Shown one piece after another: positions 1 through 13,570 of a stretch of 64,000 nucleotides of DNA; position 1 is the first letter of the stretch; the number at the start of each line of letters is the position of its first letter. Source of the DNA: Malacoraja senta (Eukaryota); assembly GCA_038087875.1 (NCBI GenBank), contig CM075989.1, positions 8,186,001 to 8,250,000 of the forward strand, in the 5' to 3' direction. Both the position numbers and the translations under genes were made by a program. The notes below the pieces were generated by a model. That model was not told where the DNA came from and did not search any database. It saw only the letters and a program-made list of their open reading frames with translations.

Positions 1-128
1 ATCTAGTTACAACAGAACATTTATTCACTCTCTCAAAAATCAAAGCCATGAGATAAAAGAATTCCTCTGAAATTTGACACAATCCTTTGATTCAAATGCC
101 CAAGTAGTACAAAAGCATCCATCTATAG

Positions 129-171
129 TATAGATGCTGCCTCACCCGCTGAGCTTCTCCAGCATTGTCTA
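129..171 (+). mobile_element. Short 3' fragment of Penelope-pLTR-derived repeat with TSD
   Basis: Matches pLTR tail (tagatgctgcctcacccgctgag..ctccagcat); direct repeat CCATCTATAG at 119-128 and 172-181. Confidence 0.7.
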
Positions 172-714
172 CCATCTATAGACCAAATCACCAAACCAAG
201 CTGAGGGCAAATTTTGATCAAAGACAGTAGGCTATAATTTCCTATGTTTTTGGCAATAAGTACCAGTGGCAGGTCACTCTATGTTTGTTTCCTCAAGTGT
301 AGAATCTTAGGTGACACTGCAACATTTTAGTGATTTACATTCTTAAATTTCCACAGCAATTTCTATCACGGTAAATCCAGCAAATTGGATGACACATTAA
401 GACTATGGGCAAGATGCAGGTAAGAGAAGCCACCAGCAGTGGTACATTAATTTGACCTGCAATTTGACTTTCTCACACACACACCAATTGTGCTCTTTAA
501 TTGAATCCAAAATGGCAATTAAAAAGGGCCCTTCGACTTGCAGCTTGTCTATCCTTTCAGCAGCAGCAGCAGCAGCAATGTCTTCTGTTCCACCACAACT
601 AGATTGGAAACCAGAGTAAACATGACCATTACACCAAGCACTTGCAGTTGGTCTGCAAAGGTCTGCTGGATCACCTGCTTTGCTGACCATTTTAACTTCC
701 TGACCCGTACTTTT

Positions 715-1060
715 CTTTCTGTTGTGGGCCTCTTCCATTGCCAGACTGAGGACATGCACAAACTGGAGGAACAGCTCATCATTTTCCACTTGGGTTCCAA
801 TAACATGAACATTGAATTCTCCAATTTTAGGTAACTAACCTACAAACAACCCCCTTTATTGTCTATCTGCCTATTTAATATCCCTTCACCCTCCCTTACC
901 CATGCTCCACCTGGATTTGCACCCATTTCCCCTTCCACCTACATTCCTTCCTTTGGCTTCACATTCACACCTCTTCTATTCTTATCTCACACCTTTTGTC
1001 TGGCCTTTAACCAACCATTAAAAGCACCAGCATGTGTATCTACCTATCACTCGCCCATCA
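715..1060 (+). mobile_element. Penelope-like element 3' fragment (GIY-YIG C-terminus plus pyrimidine-rich tail), old
   Basis: Translation LSVVGLFHCQTEDMHKLEEQLIIFHLGS..MNIEFSNFR matches the Penelope copies at 55-57 kb. Confidence 0.8.
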
Positions 1061-2397
1061 ATTAGTATAACTGGAACGATCCAATTTTCTAGATATTTCA
1101 GCAATTTTTTTAATTCTAAAAAGTGGTGCACAAATTCCCCCAGTACATTACAGGGATCATACACAAATCTTACTTGGGAGATCAATCAATTCATGTAATG
1201 CTTCGCATCAGGAAAAGCAATGAACTAATAAAATTGCATAGTCAGCAAATTACAATGAAAATCTGCAGAGATTTAAAATTCATCTCCCGTTACTCAAAGT
1301 TGGAACTATTATATTATTGGATGTCTTGCACATCATTGTTTATTTTGATGATAGAAATAGAAATTCAGAAATAAATATACAGCAGCTTTTGTCCACATCG
1401 TACAGCCTCTTTCCTCATCCTAACATTCAAAAAGAATTCAGCTAAGAATATTGCACTATCACACCAGAATTTTTAAAATGTGTCACTGACCACCTGTAAC
1501 AGCACGTTATAAAATATTATATGAATTAGTATAAAAATAACATCACTTGGCAAGTTCTATAATAAAGTAAAGGACATGGATGTTAAGTTCAAAAATAAAT
1601 AATGGATTTCATATCAGACTAAAACACAACATAAGGAATCAGGTTCACTTCTGGTCAGCGAAAATAAGATGTTGGTCAATCATCCGGGTGCCTTTGTTAA
1701 TACACGTCCATGCTCTGATTTTACTTACTTCACTGGTTTATAAACCAGCTTAGATAGAGAAACATCAAACACAGCAATTATTCATAAAGCGCTGAATTAA
1801 AGTGCAGTGGCCTGCCACCATATGGCTTTTTACTAACAATTAAGAGCTCCAACAGCAAACAAATTTCATGGGATTCAGTTTGTTTCCCATAGCAAGTTAC
1901 TTGACACATCACTCAGAGTGAGCAGCCTCTGAATATTACTGTCATAATTGCCTGCCCTTTTAAGGAATGGTCCAATAAATCCAACTAATTACCAGATGGG
2001 TACTGTTATTAAAATCTTTGCTAATGGCACAAATAATAAGTTCACAGTGGCAGCCGCTGACAAGTGTGCAATAACATTTTCCCAAACAGTACCACAGAGT
2101 TGAATGATCATTTTACTGGGAGCTTGCTGGAACACAGCCGAAGGAAAATGATGCTTCATAAATACAGCTCATTTTTCAAAAGTGTTTTCCTTGCAGCTTT
2201 ATTGCAAGATCAATATACATCAAATAATCTCTTATAATCGTACCCAGTATTCAAGCAGAGTGCTAAAGAATTCATTAGCAGCAGGCAACATCAGGTTATT
2301 ACGAAATTATGCTAAGAAATTAAATATCTTAAAGACTTCCGAACTCCCCATCCCCCTCCTACAATCGAACCATTAAATCAAACCTGAAATATACCAT

Positions 2398-2498
2398 ATT
2401 TCATCTGTCTGAAGAAGGGTCTCGACCCAAAACGTCACCCATTCCTTCTCTCCAGAGATGCTGCCTGTCGCGCTGAGTTACTCCAGCATTTCGTGTCT
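2398..2498 (+). mobile_element. pLTR-derived short element with mutated hammerhead core
   Basis: CTGAAGA-AGGGTCTCGACCC-AAAACGTC (GAAA changed to AAAA); perfect 16-bp TSD ACCTGAAATATACCAT at 2382-2397 and 2499-2514. Confidence 0.8.
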
Positions 2499-3129
2499 AC
2501 CTGAAATATACCATGCTTAATCACTGTGATCATTTAAATAATCCATTCATCTTTACTAACAGCACCTTGCAAATATGCCCCATTCTTAAATCAGACCACA
2601 CATTTGAGGTGCACACTAATTGACTAAGCAACCAAAAATTGAACAGCCTGTATTATATCTATCCTTTCTTTGTAATCATCAGCACACCATCATTTTATTT
2701 TGCCTTGAATGAGTGATTTCCAAATCACAATTCCAAATTCCAATTACATTCCAAATTTAAAATGTTGTCAATAACCTTTGTTTTAAACCAAAACAAAACT
2801 TGGTACACAATGTCACATAAACCTATAATGTCTATTCTATTATTGAATGCATTACTTTTGGGAATTTTATGCAAGGGTTGAACATTAAGGAAAATAAGAG
2901 ATGAGAGGTGAATGCAGTAAAGTAGCAAGGTAAAAAAAAAGAGCCATGAATGACAGAGCAGTTCCCATTTCCATTTTTTTCCATTCTAATTTCCTCAAAA
3001 TATTTCAGCACAATGACCTTTAACCACAATTGTTCCTTCATTGAAAAGTAAAAACAGTCTTTTAAGCAATCTTGTGTAATGGATCTACCATGTCGACCAG
3101 TTGAAAGGAATTCCTGTACACTTTATTTT

Positions 3130-3710
3130 TAAGCTTCGACCACAACCAAAAACAAAGACGGACCTCCTCTACACACCACTGACTGGCAGCTGCACGTCGA
3201 TCTGGGCAAACTGCTGAAATTTCCACAGCACATCACAGCAACATCACTCCGGCCAGACATGATCATCACCTCCGAAGTGACAAAACAGCTGATCATTCTG
3301 GAGTTGACAGCGCCCTGGGAAGAGCGTATTGAAGAGGCTAATGAGAGGAAACGCACAAAGTACCAGGAACTGGTGGAGATGTGCCAGGACAGCGGCTGGA
3401 AGACATACTATGAGCCCATAGAGGTGGACTGTAGAGGCTTTGCAGGACGCTCACTCTGCAAAGTCCTCAACCAGTTGGGCATTACGGGGCTGGCAAAGAG
3501 GGCCATTCAATCCGCAAGCGAAGCCACAGAGAAACTTTGGATTAAGAGGGCTGATCCGTGGGCGGTTGCTGCTGGGACGCAAGTCGGGGCTTGGTCAACC
3601 CCGGCTGGGTCGCCTGGGCGAGGGTGTCTGATGTTGAGACCCGAAACACCCGTTGACCCCGGGTCACATCACTGAGGATGCATCCCAGCGCACCTAGAAG
3701 ATGTATTTTT
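3130..3710 (+). mobile_element. HERO/R2-superfamily non-LTR retrotransposon 3' end (restriction-like endonuclease plus 3'UTR)
   Basis: DWQLHVDL..FPQHI..TSLRPDMII..KQLIILELTAPWEERIEEANERKRTKYQEL..PIEV.CRGF is a PD-(D/E)xK RLE domain typical of HERO-clade elements. Confidence 0.8.
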
Positions 3711-5199
3711 CACACATTGAAGACTTGCTCAAGCAAGCCAAATGCTGTAAACACAACATTTAAAATAAATCATGGGGATATTTATCTGGTCAGGCAGTGT
3801 AAATGGAGAAAAGCAATTCAATGATTGAACAATACTTTGTCACACATGCCTAGGTGCAGTGAATACTGCGTTTTGCATACAACCTGATAAAATCATATAG
3901 GAGACCTCACCTAGGCAGTACATGTGTGTCACCACGATTTGGCGCAGACAAAGTTACAAAGGGTTAACCCTCTGCCTTTGCTCTCATTTCTTCACATTCT
4001 CCTTACATCGTCTAATCATCTTTTGCTTAATTACATAACCAAGGAGGAATTCCTAGGTTTAACCATAATAAAGCCTTTAATTTAAATAAGTCATAGACAA
4101 GATATCTGAGGACTCAAGATGAAAACCTCAAGCAACGCCAAAACCTACATTATAAATTCAAAAAGGCAGCAATTTTATGATAATCTCATGTAGATTCCAG
4201 TGACATTTATAAATTGCAAGATTCATGTTTTATGGAGCCCCCTGAGAATTCAATCATATTAATGTTTTACAAGACAAACAATTTTGGGAGGAATTGAAAC
4301 CAGCCAGCCACCTTTTGCATTTTATGAGGAATTCTCAGAGCAAATTAAATTGCAGAAAGTGCAGGAAATGATTACGCTGAAGCAGATGATTTTACTCCCT
4401 TTAAAGTGCAGAGCAGAAAGTATTATACTCTGCCATCACTGATCTCTGTAGTTACATTTAGTCTGGTAATAAATTGTTCATTCACATTATACTTTGAAGT
4501 GATTGATCCAAAACCGCTTCACCTGTGGCAACAGTTCAATTGAAGATAAATGTATAGTTTACTTGTTGGTGGTAAAAAGGAAAATGGAGGAAGATTGGTG
4601 AGGAATATACTGCGAGCAACTGTAAAAAACAAGCATCAAGCAGATATAATTTCTCAAGATCACAACTCTTGTCAGAGTTTAATAAATTAAAATAAATAAT
4701 TTGAAAGGGAAGAATAACACTAATCAAATCATATCAGTTTAAAAAAAAGCTTTATTTTATGCCTAACCCTTCACCTCTGCAGTCTCTCCTTCAATTGTGC
4801 TCACCTTCACCAGAAACTCCCACCTTCACTTGCTTGCTGGACACACCTCTAATCCAATATATGTTGACTCAACATTCACTTTTAAGGCCAACACCACCAA
4901 TAAACTTTCTACAATATGGCAATCCTCATCGTTTAAAATTACCCGCCATATTTCTGTAAAAAGTAGAAGCATTGAGTTTATCTTATTACCAATATCTCTG
5001 CAAGCTTGTAAAACTAACAGCCCCAAAATTCAATGGCCATTTTAGTTCTGCAATAATTTTTTAATACCACCCACAGTAGAAACCAGCTTTTGTGAACATT
5101 TCAACTCTGCTCGCATGGTTCCGTTTACTTTGAGCTAATGCAGCTACATTTGTTGACAGTACTTCTTCCTCTGTGTTACCAAGCTTCTCAACAATGCTT

Positions 5200-5390
5200 C
5201 TATAAGGCAGCACACTATGCAATCATCTCTACACATTGCACTAGATTCCGTGCTCTGCATCTTCTCCTTTATTCTATCTATTGTACTCGAGTTTAACACA
5301 TACATTTATGTATAGTATCTGATCGGATAGCATGCAAAACAAAACGTTTCAATATACCCCAGTATACGTGATATTAAACCTAAAACTTAC
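5200..5390 (+). mobile_element. Rex1/Babar-type LINE 3' tail (old)
   Basis: ggatagcatgcaaaacaaaa..tttca..atacgtgatattaaac tail shared with 39.7-39.9 kb and 45.9 kb copies. Confidence 0.55.
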
Positions 5391-5739
5391 CCACAATTGA
5401 CCCTCTATCGCTACCTATCAGCATTACTCACAAGCATAAGGACTGTTTCCATACAGCCAGTTCTTTGCCAATATCAAACTTCCCAATATCAAATTTATAA
5501 TCTGGATTATAGCAACCTCTTTGCCCAAATTCAGTTGGAACCTCCAGTATGATTTCAGATGAGTTGATTCTCAACAGAAACAAGACTAACATCCTCACGA
5601 GATGGCGGGATCCTGTTGGGAAGGGTTCAAAATAGATTGGTGGGAGTTGGTGGAACAAGAGGGTAAAAACAGGAGGACGTAAAGCAGAGCGAGAAATATT
5701 AGAAAATGAGAGATCAGGTAGGGTGGGGGTTGGTATTTA

Positions 5740-7128
5740 GGAAGGTTCAGGGTAGCTAATGTAACCCCACGTTTTAAGAAAGGAGAGAGAAAACAGGGAA
5801 TTATAGACCTGTAAGCTTGATATCCATAGTGGGTAAGATGCTTGTGTCGATTATTAAAGATGTAATAGCAGCGCATTTGGAAAGCAGTGACAGGATCGGT
5901 CAAAGTCAACATAGACTTAAGAAGGGGAAATCATGCTTGACTAATCTTCTGGAATTTTTTGAGGAAGTAACAAGTAGAATGGATAAGGGAGAGCCAGTGA
6001 ATGTGGTGTATCTGGACTTTCAAAAGCCCTTGACAAGGTCCTACACAAGAGATTGGTGTGCAAAATTAAAGTACATGGTATTGGGGGTAAGGTATTGACA
6101 TGGATATAGAACTGGTTGGCTGACATGAAGCAAAGAGTAGGAATTAACGGGTCCTTTTCAGAATGGCAGGCAGTGACTAGTGAGACTCAGTGCTGGGATC
6201 CCAGTTATTTACAATATATATTAATGATTTGGACTAGGGAATTAAATGTAACATCTTCAAGTTTGCGGATGACACAAAGCTGGGTGGCAGTGTGAGGTAC
6301 GAGGAAGATGCTATGAGACTGCAGGGTGACTTGGATAGGTTGGGTGAGTGGGCAGATGCAGTATAATTTGTATAAATGTGAGGTGGCAAGAACAGGAAGG
6401 CAGATTATCATCTGAATGGTGTCAGATTAGGAAAAGGGGAGGTGCAACAAGACCTTGTCACTGAAAGTAAGCATGCAGTTACAGCAGGCAGTGAAGAAAG
6501 CTAATGGCATGTTGGCCTTCATTGCGAGAGGATTTGAGTTTAGGAGCAAAATGGTTCTACTGCAGTAGTACAGGGCCCTGGTGAGACCGCACCTGGAGTA
6601 TTGTGTGCAGGTTTGGTCCCCTAATTTGAGGAAGGACATTATTGCTATCAAGGGAGTACAGCGTAGATTCACCAGGTTAATTGCCGGATGGCAGGACTGA
6701 CATATGATGAAAGAATGGGTTGACTGGGCTTGTATTCACTGGAATTTAGGAGAGGGGATCTTATAGAAACATAACATTCTTAAAGGATTGGACATGCTAG
6801 ATACAGGAAAAATGTTCCCAATGTTGGCGGAGTCCAGAACCAGGGGTCATAGTATAAGAATAAGGGGTTGGCCATTTTGGACTATGATGCAGAAAAACCT
6901 TGACCCAGACAGTTGTAAATCTGTGGAATTCTCTGCCACAGAAGGCAGTGGAAGCTAATTCACTGGATGTTTTCAAGAGAGAGTTAGATTTAGCTCTTAG
7001 GGCTACAGGGATCAAGGAATATGGGTAAAAAGCAAGAACAGGGTACTGATTTTGGATGAGCAGCCATGATCATATTGAATGGCTGCCTTGAAAGGCCAAA
7101 TGGCCTACTCCTATTTTCTATGTTTCTA
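5740..7128 (+). mobile_element. CR1 LINE, 5'-truncated, disrupted RT
   Basis: GKSCLTNLLEFFEEVTS..YLDFQK, KFADDTKL motifs; CR1 3'UTR ending ttctatgtttcta. Confidence 0.9.
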
Positions 7129-7284
7129 CGAAAGAAAAGACAATAATGCTGGCCAACGACAACAGTTAAAAGAATCATAATGCAAGGAGGGGACATAGTG
7201 TACAAGTACTCGAATGCATCAGTATATGACATCAGTGTAAAGAAAAGAAAATTAAGCATATTTGAATGTTTGCAGCCTTTATTT

Positions 7285-7600
7285 TGTTTTAGTTTTAAAA
7301 ATATGGCGCGGAAACAGGCCATTCGGCCCATTGAGTCCGCATTGACCAGCGATCCCCGCACATTAATACAAGCCGACACACTAGGGACAATTTACACTTA
7401 TACCAAGTATACAAACCCAAGCCAATTAACCTACAAACCTGACGATTTGGAGTGTGGGAGGAAACCGAAGATCTCGGAGAAAACCCATGCAGGTCACAGG
7501 GAGAATGTTTAAACTCCGTACAGACAGCACCCATAGTCAGGATCTAACCCGGGTCTCTGGGTCTGTAAGGCAGTGATTCTACAGCTGCGCCACCGTGCTG
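7285..7600 (-). mobile_element. HE1/V-SINE (tRNA-derived SINE)
   Basis: Reverse strand has a tRNA-like head (ggtggcgcagc..gacccggg), V-domain (ctgtacggagttt..ctcccacactccaaa) and CR1-like tail. Confidence 0.85.
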
Positions 7601-7689
7601 CCTTATAAAAATAGGAGAGTATTGCCACAAATAACAATGAATAAGTATGATGTGATGGTCATTAAAATTACATGTTAAGTTGACCAAGG

Positions 7690-8650
7690 TAAGGATATGA
7701 ACATTCAAGAATATCTTTTGTATTCCAAGGATAGGCAGAAACAAAAAGGAGGGGTACGTATGCCAATAAAATATGCAATTACTGTCATAGAGGCGAATTA
7801 TATTAGCTCAGTCACTGGTGTGAGTAGTATATAGGCCACTTGATGGCAGGTATGCTGTAGAATGCTATACATTCTAGTATACGTTAAAAAAAAAACTAGG
7901 GCTTATAAGAAAGGTACTGAGATAATCAAGTGCAATTTTAATCATCATACCAATGATTGGACAAATCAAACTGGCAGGACATCATTGAAAAATAATATAT
8001 TTGGGATGATTTCTCAGAGCAAAACATTAAGGAAACAGAAAGTACGCCATTTTAGATCTGATAGTGTAATGGAAAGAGAATAATTAAGAATCTAATATTA
8101 TTACAGGATCTCTATGGAAAGAACAATCGAGCACAACGGAATTTCAAATTCCAGTTGAATAAAAGAGATCTTGGTCAGAAACAAGAGTCATACATGAATT
8201 TACAATACTTTGAGGATGAAGAGCTGCTAAAATAGACTAGAAAAATAGATGACACAAGGTGACAGATCAGCACTGGCAGACATTTAAGGTGACATTCCAT
8301 AAATCTCAAATTCTGGTGGGGAAGATGGGTAATAAAAAAAATGCACAATCAGTGCCCGATTTAAACAAATCAAGAATGGCATTGAACTGAAAGAAAAAGA
8401 ATATAAGGTTGCACATATTGTTTAGAGGCAAGAGGATTGGGCTTTTTTTTTTAGAAACCTGTAAAGATAGCAAGCACAAAAACATACCAGAAAGAGCTTA
8501 AACAGACACATATGTTAGGGGTAACAGTTCAGAAAAATAGACTGCCAGTGGATGAGATTGGGGAATTAATAAAATGGGAAATATAGGAATGGTAGTGTTT
8601 TAAAAACATTGCCCAAATTTTAAGAGAAAAATCATATTAAAAATATTGGA
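7690..8650 (+). mobile_element. Highly decayed CR1 ORF2 N-terminal region
   Basis: Remnant NIQEY..KDRQKQKGGV endonuclease-like peptide; A-rich CR1-like composition. Confidence 0.4.
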
Positions 8651-8679
8651 AGTGAAGATAACAGAAAAAAGTCAGATAA

Positions 8680-8985
8680 GGGCGACATGGTGGCACAGCA
8701 GTGGAGTTCCTTCCTTACAATGCAAGGGACCCGGGTTTGATCCCGACTACGGGTGCTGTCTATATGGAGTTTGTACATTTTCCCCGTGACCCGTGTCAGT
8801 TTTCTCCGAGATCTTCGGTTTCCCCCCCATACTCTAAAGACGTACAGGTTTGTAGGTGAATTGGCTGGGTATAAATGTAAATTGTCCCTAGTGTATGTAG
8901 GATAGTGTTAGTGTGCAGTGAATGCTGGTCACTGTGGACTAGGTGGGCTGAAGGGCTTGTTTCCGCACTGTATCTCTAAACCAAA
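8680..8985 (+). mobile_element. HE1/V-SINE
   Basis: A box TGGCACAGCAGTGG, B box GGTTTGATCCC, V-domain, tail gggctgaagggcttgtttccgcactgtatctctaaa. Confidence 0.85.
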
Positions 8986-9265
8986 CTAAAAAAAGTGTGA
9001 AAACTACAGCTATCAGCTGTTCCAGTCTTAAGTCTTTTGTTAACTTGAAGTTTGCAAAATATTCAGACTTGGTAGGAGTGTCTTGCTGATAAGAAAAATG
9101 TATAATTATGCTAACTCGCCTTTGTTCTGTGAGTGGGAGCACGAGAAGCACTGAGCAATGTTTGTGCTCATTGTAATCTCGCCACTTCCGTCTCACGAAT
9201 CAATTAAAGATTGCCATGGTCTACCTTCAACGTTGATTGCTATCTGCTTTTTATGAAACAAGCTT

Positions 9266-10437
9266 TCACAGACTTGGCCATTCAAGAATTGACCATTTTT
9301 TAGCTTTCAAAAACTCCTTTGTTGCATTAGCAGTATGTTTGGGATCATTGTCTTGCTGTAGAATGAATTGCCGGCCAATGGGTTTTGAGGCATTTGTTTG
9401 AACTTGAGCAGATAATAGGTGTCCATACACTTCAGAATTCATTATGTTACTACCATCAGCAGTTGTATCATCAATGAAGATAAGTGAGCCAGTACCTTCA
9501 GCAGCCATACATGCCCAAGCCATAACACCCCCACCAGTGTTTCACAGATGAGGTGGTATGCTTTTGATCTTGGGCAGTTCCTTCTCTCCTCCATACTTTG
9601 CTCTTGCCATCTCTCTCACATAAGTTAATCTTCGTCTCATCTGTTCACAAGACCTTTTTCCAGAACTGTGGTTGCTCTTACTTCTGGGCAAACTGAAACC
9701 TGGCCTTCCTATTTTTGCAGCTAACCAGTGGTTTGCATCTTGCAATGTAGTCTCTGTATTTCTGTTCGGGAATTCTTCTGTGGACAGTGGTCATTGACAA
9801 ATGCACACCTGACTCGTGAAGAGCGTTTCTGATATGTCGGACAGGTGTTTGGGGATTTTACTTTATTATAGAGAGAATTCTTCTGTCATCAGCTGTGGAG
9901 GTCTTCCTTGGCCTGCCAGTCCCTTTGCGATTAGTAAGCTCACGAGTACTCTCTATCTTCTTAATGATGTTCCAAACAGTTGATTTTGGTAAGCCTAAGG
10001 TTTGGCTAATGTTTCTAACAGTTTTATTCTTGTTTCTCAAACTCATAATGGCTCTTTGACTTTCATTGGCACAACTTCGGTCCTCATGTTGATAAACAGC
10101 AATAAAAGTTTCCAAAGGCGATGGAAAGACTAGGTGCTGAGAGCTCTCTTATATCTGCATTAAGGAGGCAATTAAACACACCTGAGCAACTACCTGTGAA
10201 CCCTTGTGTCCCAAACATTATGGTGCCCTGAATTTGGGGGGGGGGGGGGGGGGGGAAACACAGCTGTAATTTCTACATGGTGAAACCAAAATGTATAAAA
10301 ATGACCTTTAATAAAATCTGACAAGGTGCACTTTAACCACATGTGATTTTATTACATATTACATATCTCAAACTATGGAGTACAGAGGCAAGTAAATAAA
10401 TGATGGGTTTTTGTCCAAAACATTATGGAGGGCACTG
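9266..10437 (-). mobile_element. Tc1-family DNA transposon, 3'-truncated, decayed transposase
   Basis: HTH (LGLPKSTVWNIIKK..GRPRKT), [18 protein letters not shown]; one terminus CAGTGCCCTCCATAATGTTT next to TA (10438-10439), inner direct repeat near 10207-10230; other end missing. Confidence 0.9.
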
Positions 10438-11129
10438 TAGTAGGTGGAGTACTCAAGTGGGCTGCTTTTCTCTGGATGAGTGTTGACCTTCAAGTGTTGA
10501 TGGAGCTCAAGTGGACTGCATTCCTTCACACTCCTGATTTCTGCCCTCTAGATGGTGGAAAGGCTTTTGAGTGTAGGGAGGAGAGCTCATTTGCCACAGG
10601 ATACCCATCTCCAACTTGCGCTTGTGGGCGCAACATTTGTCATATTGTTTGTTCGCGACTTGATCACTGAATGTGAAGAGTCGGTGTTTAACTCACTCTA
10701 GTTAGAGTAGGCCAATGCCTGGTACTTTTGTGGCTTGAATGGCACTTACCATTTACCAGCCCATGCTCAGGAGCTTCAAATGGAACTGTGCAGTGCCATC
10801 ATTGGCAATCCTCCAATTTTGACCTTACTATTGAAGGAAGGTACAGCTGATTGTGTTTGTCCTGAGAATGACCTCGACTGAAAGTATTGACCACAAACAA
10901 TCAGTGTTTTTTCTTGCATTTTCTCCTTTCCACTGCTAAATCTCTGCTGGAGAGAGAGAAGAAATCCCATCGGGTCAAATTGTAGCAATGATTGTGTCAA
11001 TCAAGCTACCCATTTAAAACCCTTCCTCCTGCTTCAGCATCCCCAGTAGACGTAAAAGAGCCTACTTAGTATATGAAAGTAAGTCCAGAAAAGATGGGCT
11101 AGGATTTAGGAACAACTAAATAGGAACAG

Positions 11130-11930
11130 ATATGGAAGAGTTGTGAAAGATTGCAGCAGGATCTTGATCGATTGGCCAGGTGGGCTGAGGAATGGTTGAT
11201 GGAATTTAATACAGAGAAATGTGAAGTCTTGTAATTTGGGACATCTAACAAGGGCAGGACCTACACAGCGAATGGTAGGCCTCTGGGGAGTGTTATAGAG
11301 CAGAGGGATCTAGGAGTGCAGGTGCATGGTTCCATGGAGGTCGAGTCGCATAAGGTGGTCAAAAAGGATTTTGGCACATTGGCCTTCATCAGTCAGAATA
11401 TTGATTATAGAAGTTGGGAGTCATGTTGCAGTTGTATAGTTACATTGGTGAGACTGAATTTAGAAAATTGTGTTCAGCTCTGGGCACCATGTTATAGGAA
11501 AGATATTGTCAAGCTTGAAAGAGTTCAGAGAAGATTTACGAGGATGGTGCCAGGACTAGAGTGTCTGAGCTATAGGGAGAGGTTGAGTAGGCTGAGTCTC
11601 TATTCTTTGTAGCACAGGAGGATGAGGGGTGATCTTATAGAGGTGTATAAAATCATGAGATGAATAAATCGGGTAGATACACAGAATCTCGTGCCCAGAG
11701 TAGGGGAATCGAGGACATAGGCCCAAGGTGAAGGTGAAAAGATGAATACGAATCTGAGGGGTAACTTTTTCACTAAGGGTGGTGGGGTAAGGAACAAGCT
11801 GCCAGCGGAGGAAGTTGAGGCTAGGATTATCCCGATGTTTAAGAAACAGTTAGACAGGTACATGGATAGGACAAGTTTGGAGGGATATGGACCAACGCAG
11901 GCAGGTGGGACGTGTAACTATGATTCTATG
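11130..11930 (+). mobile_element. CR1 LINE 3' fragment (second family)
   Basis: LQQDLDRLARWAEEWLMEFNTEKCEV, LERVQRRFTRMVPGL; CR1 3'UTR. Confidence 0.85.
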
Positions 11931-12674
11931 ACTGTCAGAACAAAAAAAAGTGGATATCAATGTGGGAGAGAAAAATGTAGAAACTAAGATGCAAAAAAAG
12001 GCCCAACTTTAACAGTTATAATTTCATTGTCCAAAATACTGTATACTTTACAATTATTTTAATTTATGTCATGGCAACACCACGCTGTAAAATGAAATGC
12101 TTGCTATTTCTGATTCTTCCATGAGATGGAGCTGTTCCCTGTAATCGTCTCCCTCTGCAAAATGTTTGTGAAAAATCTCTTCACACAAACAGAACCAAAC
12201 AATGTACCATTTCTGTGACTAAAAATGTATAAGTCACCCATGGTTTACATAATCATATTTAATGTAAAGTAATCACATGGCATTATGTGAACTTCATGCT
12301 TTCAAAGCTTTTGGTAAAAGAAACTTGAAATTTCAAATTTAACAGATTCTACAGGCAATAATATGATTTTAGAATATTTTGTAGGAAATAGACATCAGAC
12401 CTTAGATATAGGAATATAAAATATATCAAATCACATCCTGTTATGCTGTCCTAAACAGATACACTTCTCCGGACCACTAATATCTTATGCTGCACTGAAG
12501 AGTGACATCATTTTATGTGAAGCTCCTTATAACAGTTTTGACCAACTACAACTGCAAAGAATGGTGGCACAGCCCCAGTCCATTACCTTCCATTCCATCT
12601 TCACGATGCCTGGTACAATGAAGGCTAGAAATATCATCAACAACTCCCACCACCCCAACCATTCCTTTTTCTCT

Positions 12675-13370
12675 ATAATCACAATCACAATAATACTTTT
12701 AGCCAAGTATGTTTTGCAACATATGAGGAATTTCATTTGCCAAGTCAGTCATACAAATAAAAAGCAACAGAACACACAAAATGCATTTTAACATAAACAC
12801 CCACCACAGTGACACCTCTACATTCCTCACTGTGATGCGAAAAGGCGAAAAAAAGTTCAAATCTCTTCCCTTCTATGCTCTCCCGTGGTCGGCCCTCCAT
12901 TGACGGGATGATCTTGACTCCCGTAGCTGGCGGTGTTTGGGACCTCCGCATCAGGGCGATCAGCTCCTGTATCCGGGGGGGGGAGGGGTGTCAGCTCCCC
13001 CACGCCGGCGATCAGAACCCGGGTCGGGACTGGTCAAGCCTCTGCATCATTGGAGTCTCCCAACACGGCGTCTCCCGAGACTGAGAGCTCTTGATATTAA
13101 GTCCGCAGTTGGAACGATCCCAGGCTCCGATGTTAAAGTCCACGCTCCGCGGTGGGGCTCAAGTCAGTCCGAGGAGGCCTCCAGCTCCATCAATGGTATG
13201 CCGCAGATCGGCCGGAGATGCGACCCGGAAAACAATCGCATCTCCGGCAAGGTAAGAAACTGACAAAAAAAGTTTCCCCCTCCCCCTCCCCCCACATAAA
13301 ACAAACCGGAGAACATTTACACAAACTTAACACACACTAAAAATAAAAACAAAGACGAAAAAACAGACAT
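12675..13370 (-). mobile_element. GC-rich non-autonomous retroposon (unclassified), LINE-type tail
   Basis: Shares head and core blocks with 16465-17305 and 63280-63575; tail ends in (TTGTGA)n on the minus strand. Confidence 0.6.
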
Positions 13371-13416
13371 AGGGTTTTTGCACTACTTCAGATTGCATGA
13401 CAATCTTTGCACCATT

Positions 13417-13570
13417 TTATGGAAACAAGGAACTGCAAATGCTGGTTTACAAAAATGGTGCTGGAGTACTTCATCGGGTCAGCGTTTCTTCAGATTGAAA
13501 GGTCCCAACCCAAAACATCTACCCATGTTGTCTAGAGATGTTGCCCACTGACTTACTCCAGCACTTTGTG
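13417..13570. mobile_element. Head-to-head pLTR pair (old) with TSD
   Basis: Inverted pLTR halves; 13-bp TSD TCTTTGCACCATT at 13404-13416 and 13571-13583. Confidence 0.7.

Noticed and set aside
403..824. ORFs containing a (CAG)n-derived poly-Ala/Ser/Leu run
   Set aside because: Short microsatellite plus Penelope fragment; no exon support
3622..3680. Hammerhead ribozyme in the HERO 3'UTR (CTGATG, GAAAC, CTGAGGA words)
   Set aside because: Stems I-III cannot be assembled around the core in any permutation I could find
4780..5200. Possible decayed hAT transposase (ILNDEDCHIVESLLVVL)
   Set aside because: One weak motif only; no TIR, TSD or second motif
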